Source: Zygnema circumcarinatum SAG 698-1b
Lineage: Eukaryota > Plantae > Zygnematophyceae
NCBI GenBank assembly: GCA_037447605.1
Contig: CM074808.1
Span: 1,178,001-1,242,000 of the forward strand
Direction of reading: 5' to 3'
DNA length: 64,000 nucleotides
Below are positions 58,986 through 64,000 of the stretch, piece by piece. Both the position numbers and the translations under genes were made by a program. Positions within the stretch are counted from its first letter, which is position 1. Every line of letters starts with the position of its first letter. The notes beneath the pieces were generated by a model. The model ran no database searches, was not told the origin of the DNA, and worked only from the letters and a program-made list of their open reading frames with translations.

Positions 58986-61785
58986 TCAGGCGTACTTGCT
59001 AGGCACTGAGGTGCCGATGAGACGCCCTTGCTCATCCCAGGGCCGCGTCACATACGACTTCCCAGCCATGCTGCGCTTCCTGCTCACAGATCCATCTGCT
59101 GATTGGTACTGGGGAAAGTAGTCGAGAAAGGTCTTGTTCCCCAAGGTATTCAGACCATCAAAAAGGAACTCGTGGATGTATGCCTGCAGACACTTACGCC
59201 GTCCCTACATATCAGAATTCTCTCATGAATGGAAAACAAGTTAGAAGGAGAAAACAAGTTTGAGGATCTGAGCGAAAATGCAAAAAAGACTGAACGGCAT
59301 TGTCATTATGGTGACAAAAATCTTTGAAATGACCACGTGTATCCGTTTGGCAAGGGCACCGACCATGCTTGCCTCCATAAGTTTCACCATAGCTGCCATA
59401 GCTGCCTCCATAGCTGCCACTAAGAAAACCGCAGATGCAGTCTCTTGGACAGACACATACCAAAGCATGTTATAGAGACTGCTGAGAAGCACATTTCTAC
59501 AAGCGTTATCACCATCTCTCCAGCTCGCTTTCTGTCAGCCTCACCTCACAGCGCTCCTCCCCAAACAGACGAGTCAAAACCGGCCGCCCAGGGTCCTGCA
59601 ATGGAGACACTAACCCGCCATGAGCACACCCCAACACTTTTCGTTCTCGTCCTTTCGTCAGCCGGTGAACTGGTTGGATACAGCCACACCTTTTCGCATC
59701 GCCAGCAGACGTATCGATGCTGAGCCTCCCTATTGGTAGCGACTGCAGCCTCGTTTGTTTCCGGCTCTGCTGCATCCACCATGTCTAGCCACACCTGCCA
59801 CACCCAGACAGACACACCTCATTGAATGTGGATAAAAAACCACGGTACAAACAAAATAAGAAACTGTTTCCGTTTTTTCTAAATTTATTACAGCGCTAAA
59901 CATGTCGACTGCTCCAAAACACCTTTAAATAGTCCTTGAAGGCGTCAAAGACTGTCGGATAGATGGTGTCTGAGAAAGGCAGGCGGGACCACAGCAGTGC
60001 TGGAGAGAAGAACTGCAGTGATTCCGCCGTAAATTCTCCTCCCCAAGGAAGTCCCCCCTCCTGCATCACGCATCACAGAAAGTGAAAAAAATATCACTGA
60101 ACCTCTCATTCCGAGTTCTTGCATTGACAAGTAACACTGACTGAGGGTAGAGTACCGCACTTAGCAACCAATCCACCAAAGAAAAACAAGGGGAGAGAGG
60201 AGCAAAGCCTCTCACCTCACCGTACTTTTTGCAAAGGGGAAGCACGGGCCGAATGTACTTGCCAACGTACTCCTCTGTATGGAACAGAGGGTTCAAATCA
60301 CTGAAATTCCATCCCCAAACAAAGCTATCCGGACAAGTTAGAGGGGCACTGCTTTCCCCCTCTCTCACTCTTGCAGCCCCGCTGAGCTGCACAGACAGTT
60401 TGAGGGGGCAAAGGTGCCACTGACGGACAGCTAAACACGGCTACATGGAAGTACGGCCTTGGCAAGACTGCAGAATACAATTTTGGATGCTGTCTGCAGT
60501 GAAGGAGAAGGAAGCGAATCCGTACATGACAATTAAGTGGCCGCGGGGAAATGTAACAAGGTCAGCACAGAAGAATGGCAGGTCAAAAGGCGGTCGAGGA
60601 AAGATGACGAGATTTAGGACCTGCTCATGAAGAAAACGGCCTTGCCTTACAGCAAGAATCGGTTACAGAGGGTCATGTCGAGCCACATCGCCATACTAAA
60701 ACTGCGGAAGAACAGGAGATTCTGCATCTGAGACGAACCAAATGATTTTACAGTCTGCCTGTACTAGTTAGACAAACAATATCCTTAATGATTGTGCACG
60801 TACGATTACAACTAGTTTTGTTAACAAAAAGGAAAAAGCACGAAAATCACTCGTTCATCGACAAGCAAAGGCCGTGAGCTCGTGAAACAAGTTATTTGCT
60901 GTTGACTTGCACTCACCTGAAGATTAGGGCCCGCGCTTATGTCCGCTGACCGCATCATCCGAATCTTCTCACTTTGAAAGGCTATGCTCCGACTCACAGC
61001 CTTTTGCCGTGGAGGGTCAAAGCCCTCAAGGACACGAAATTCCTTCTGCGCAGGCACGCGCAGAAGCAAGCTCGCGATGCTTTGTTAGAAATTTGACGAT
61101 TTCGCTGGCGTACAATGGTTGAAGGGAGCACGACCTGTGAGCGAACTAAGGAAACAGGCTTAAACCAGCGAAACTGACTTCCATTCGCCAGGCTTCATAA
61201 AGGCAGACTATGTTACGGTAAGCTTCACGTGAACTTGAAGAATGTCTGCCAATGATTCAACCTTATGAGGGATATGCGCCAGTGTTTTAGACAAGCGCAT
61301 TTCGAATGGGTTACGTGTAGTTGTGATGAACCCTACAAACCAATTCCTTCAAAATGCGCCGAAAAGTGAACAAGACGAGCGACAAGGAAGGAAAATGACG
61401 GGATGGCACCCAACAACTTTGCCCATCGAGGACAGATACAAGACTGGCTTCAACCGGGTACATTGTCCGGGCTCACCTTCATGGGAAACGGCCGCAGCTC
61501 CATGCGCTTTTCCATCTCCTGCACGCAGTGTTCCACAAACGGCGTGTAGAGACCCGGGCCCGCCTCCAGGAGCTCAGCATCCTGTGCGAGCTGCCTGCTA
61601 TCGGAGACTGCGTAGAAGCGACGCCTGTCTGGTCGCTTCGCCAATCTGCAGCAGCGTCCCGAGAGCCTGTTCCGTTGCTGGAGTGCTACCTTGGGGGGGA
61701 GGTGCCACCCTCCGACAGTGGCGGCGAGAGCGGGTGAGGCCGCGAGAGAGTGGCAGACTGCAGCCGCAGTCGGAGGACGGGCCAT
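58986..61785 (-). CDS. HY2: Ferredoxin-dependent bilin reductase of the HY2 clade, plastid-targeted, 8 exons, 369 aa
   Basis: Exons 61785-61477, 61045-60917, 60620-60526, 60300-60216, 60060-59923, 59794-59690, 59595-59545 and 59183-58986 join in frame (1110 nt). Motifs [32 protein letters not shown] and REAQHRY..WRCEKDPG, plus the HY2-type C-terminus [10 protein letters not shown]...[15 protein letters not shown]. Confidence 0.93.
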
Positions 61786-61960
61786 GCAGGACGCCGGACG
61801 GGGTGCGCGCAGCCGGGCTGCGGACCAGCAGGAGAGCGAAGGAGTCTATGCCATGGCGGAGGGCTCATGGCATTGCACACGCATCCGAGGGGAGCGAAAG
61901 GGCGCGCGGGAGGCGCATGAAGGGCTGCCGCTGGCGTTGCTCCCTGCTCGGCGGGCCATC

Positions 61961-62148
61961 AAACCCTAACCCTAACCCTAGCCCTAACTTTTGCCCTAAC
62001 TTTAACCCTAGCCTTAACCCTAACTCTAGCCTGAACGTTCACGCTAACCCTAAACTCTAACCTAACCCTAACTGTAACTCTAACTCTAACCTTAACCCTA
62101 CCCTAGCCCTAACCGTCAGCTGAACCCTGCCGTAAACCCTAACCCTAA
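61961..62148. repeat. Degenerate interstitial telomere-like (CCCTAA)n array
   Basis: About 25 imperfect CCCTAA/CTCTAA/CCCTAG units, with AAACCCTAA at both ends. Confidence 0.85.
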
Positions 62149-63325
62149 AACTCCAACAGCCTACCTGGGATACGGTACGGCGGCACGTGTGACCGCTCGC
62201 ATCCAGGAGTTTTGCCAGGTGGCTACCCGTCTAGTGCCACGTGGCGAGGCCCCATTGGCCCGCGATCACTGGGCTGTAAATCGAGGGCCTGTGCGAGCGC
62301 AGGATACAGGGCCGTACGGTAATAGTACCAAGGGGGTTTAGGGGAGGTCGAGACTAGGCACACAGTCAAAAGCTGTACGGAGCGAATCTGAGATAGTGGC
62401 CAATGGGGGCCTCGCGCTGACTCGGGCCGAGGCGTCACGGCGCACTGCGGGTATGTGGACGGCGATCGGCGGCGTCAGCTGGCCGGACGGACGGACGGAC
62501 GGACGCTTGGCGGGCGGCGCCGGGAGGATGGACGGGGCGGGGGAAGGAGCGAGGGAACGTTCTCACAGGTGTCGGTGGGTGCGAATTTAAATACGGCGCG
62601 GGGCGGGGCGATAAGGTTGATGGTGAATGTTCGCTCGCTAGCTCGCTCGCGCGCGTGCGGCCGAGCGCCTTGTCGGGGAGCGTTCGGGGCGGTGGGCGCG
62701 GGCCGACTCGGGTTTCGGATGAGAGCCGTCCGCGTGTGCGGCAGGGAAAGGGGCGCGGGTGGAAGGGGTACGGTACGGTACCCTCCAAAGCGATAACCAG
62801 GAACTTTTCCACTAAGCTCACGCCACACGTGGCGCCAGATGCTGTCGTCTCGAGGGCCGCGCAGATCCGACCGACCAGCAGGTCACACGTGGATCAATCA
62901 AAATCAACTCGCGACCTGACGGAGCTCGCAGCCGGGCGCGCAGGGCCCTCCCTCCCTCCCTCCCGCGTGCAGGCCGGCGGCCGGCGGGCGCGCGGACAGC
63001 GAAGTGACACATCATCAAAAGTGGTTTGGATCACGGAACGCAACGGCCGGTTCAAGCTCGAGCGCGCCCGCCCGCCAGCCGATAGGGCACCCCCACGAGT
63101 TGACGTCTGTACGGTCTGTCTGTACGGCGGCGGACCGGCCCGCCCACCTGTCGGCGCGCGCGAGCAGGCCGGGCCGGGCCAGATCTCGTCCGTGCTCCAA
63201 TGCTTGCCACGTCAACATGACCGTACCATATCCCCGGCATCGCTTTACTGTACTGTACCCCATTTTCGAGTGCGAAACAGGGACGGACGCGGCGCCAAGA
63301 CTTTCACAGATCGGACCATTAGACA

Positions 63326-64000
63326 AACCAGTCGACTGGTTGGCAACCAGTGGTTGCGGACCGAAACAACCATTCGACTGGTTGCCAACCAGTGGATGCC
63401 ACTGGTTCGCAACCAGTCGACTGGTTGCCAACCAGTGGCATCCACTGGTTCCAAACCATTCGACTGGTTGCCAACCAGTGGTTGCGGATCGAAACAACCA
63501 TTCGACTGGTTGCCAACCAGTGGTTGCGGACCGAAACAACCATTCGACTGGTTGCCAACCAGTGGCATCCACTGGTTGGAAACCAGTCGACTGGTTGCGA
63601 ACCAGTGGCGCAGGACTGAAACAACCATTCGACTGGTTCGGAACCAGTGATCCAATGGTTGGCAACCATTAAATTGTCGGTGTACGGATCCCCTTATTGT
63701 CGATATACTGTAAATATTTTCCGTACGATTTTCCGATTTTTCGTACGATTTTTTACGATTGCCGGAAAATCGTACGGAAAATATTTACAGTATATCGACA
63801 ATAAGGGGATCCGTACACCGACAATTTAATGGTTGCCAACCATTTGATTTAATGGATATAACCATTCGACTGGTTGGCAACCAGTGCTGCCGGATCGAAA
63901 CAACCATTCGACTGGTTGCCAACCAGTGGATGCCACTGGTTCACAACCAGTCGACTGGTTGCCAACCAGTGCCGCCGGATCGAAACAACCATTCGACTGG
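63326..64000. repeat. Tandem array of short palindromic modules built on AACCAGT/ACTGGTT; continues past the window end
   Basis: Modules AACCAGTCGACTGGTT, AACCATTCGACTGGTT, AACCAGTGG(ATG/CAT)CCACTGGTT and AACCAGTGGTTGCGGACCGAAAC. Confidence 0.93.
63654..63844. repeat. Perfect 82-bp inverted repeat with a 27-nt loop (MITE-like) inside the array
   Basis: 63654-63735 is the exact reverse complement of 63763-63844. Confidence 0.92.

Noticed and set aside
61961-62148. A true chromosome end
   Set aside because: The units are degenerate and flanked by unique sequence on both sides.
63326-64000. CRISPR-like array
   Set aside because: No unique spacers, variable module order, eukaryotic context and no cas genes.

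Overview
Eukaryotic nuclear DNA (GT-AG spliceosomal introns, plastid transit peptides), most likely from a streptophyte green alga: the HY2 gene here has the algal Asp-type active-site motif. The window holds eight recognisable genes: PSAT and ATG16 head-to-head, two tandem ZIP metal transporters, two tandem GT61-family glycosyltransferases, and a DUF2301 membrane protein convergent with HY2. There is also the 5' part of an unidentified gene. The rest is a dense, nested transposon landscape that can be resolved by terminal inverted repeats (TIRs) and target-site duplications (TSDs). It includes a hAT dimer carrying a young Ty3/Gypsy element that encodes only Gag and integrase, a Harbinger-like element filled with 3.1 kb of satellite, several long-TIR elements with 8-bp TSDs, Tc1/mariner-like MITEs, remnants of RLE-type non-LTR elements, and a second, RT-bearing Gypsy copy broken by gaps. 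Four 10-N gaps (4458, 50261, 54255, 54968) limit interpretation. All protein and transposon family assignments come from motif recognition by eye; no database search was run.
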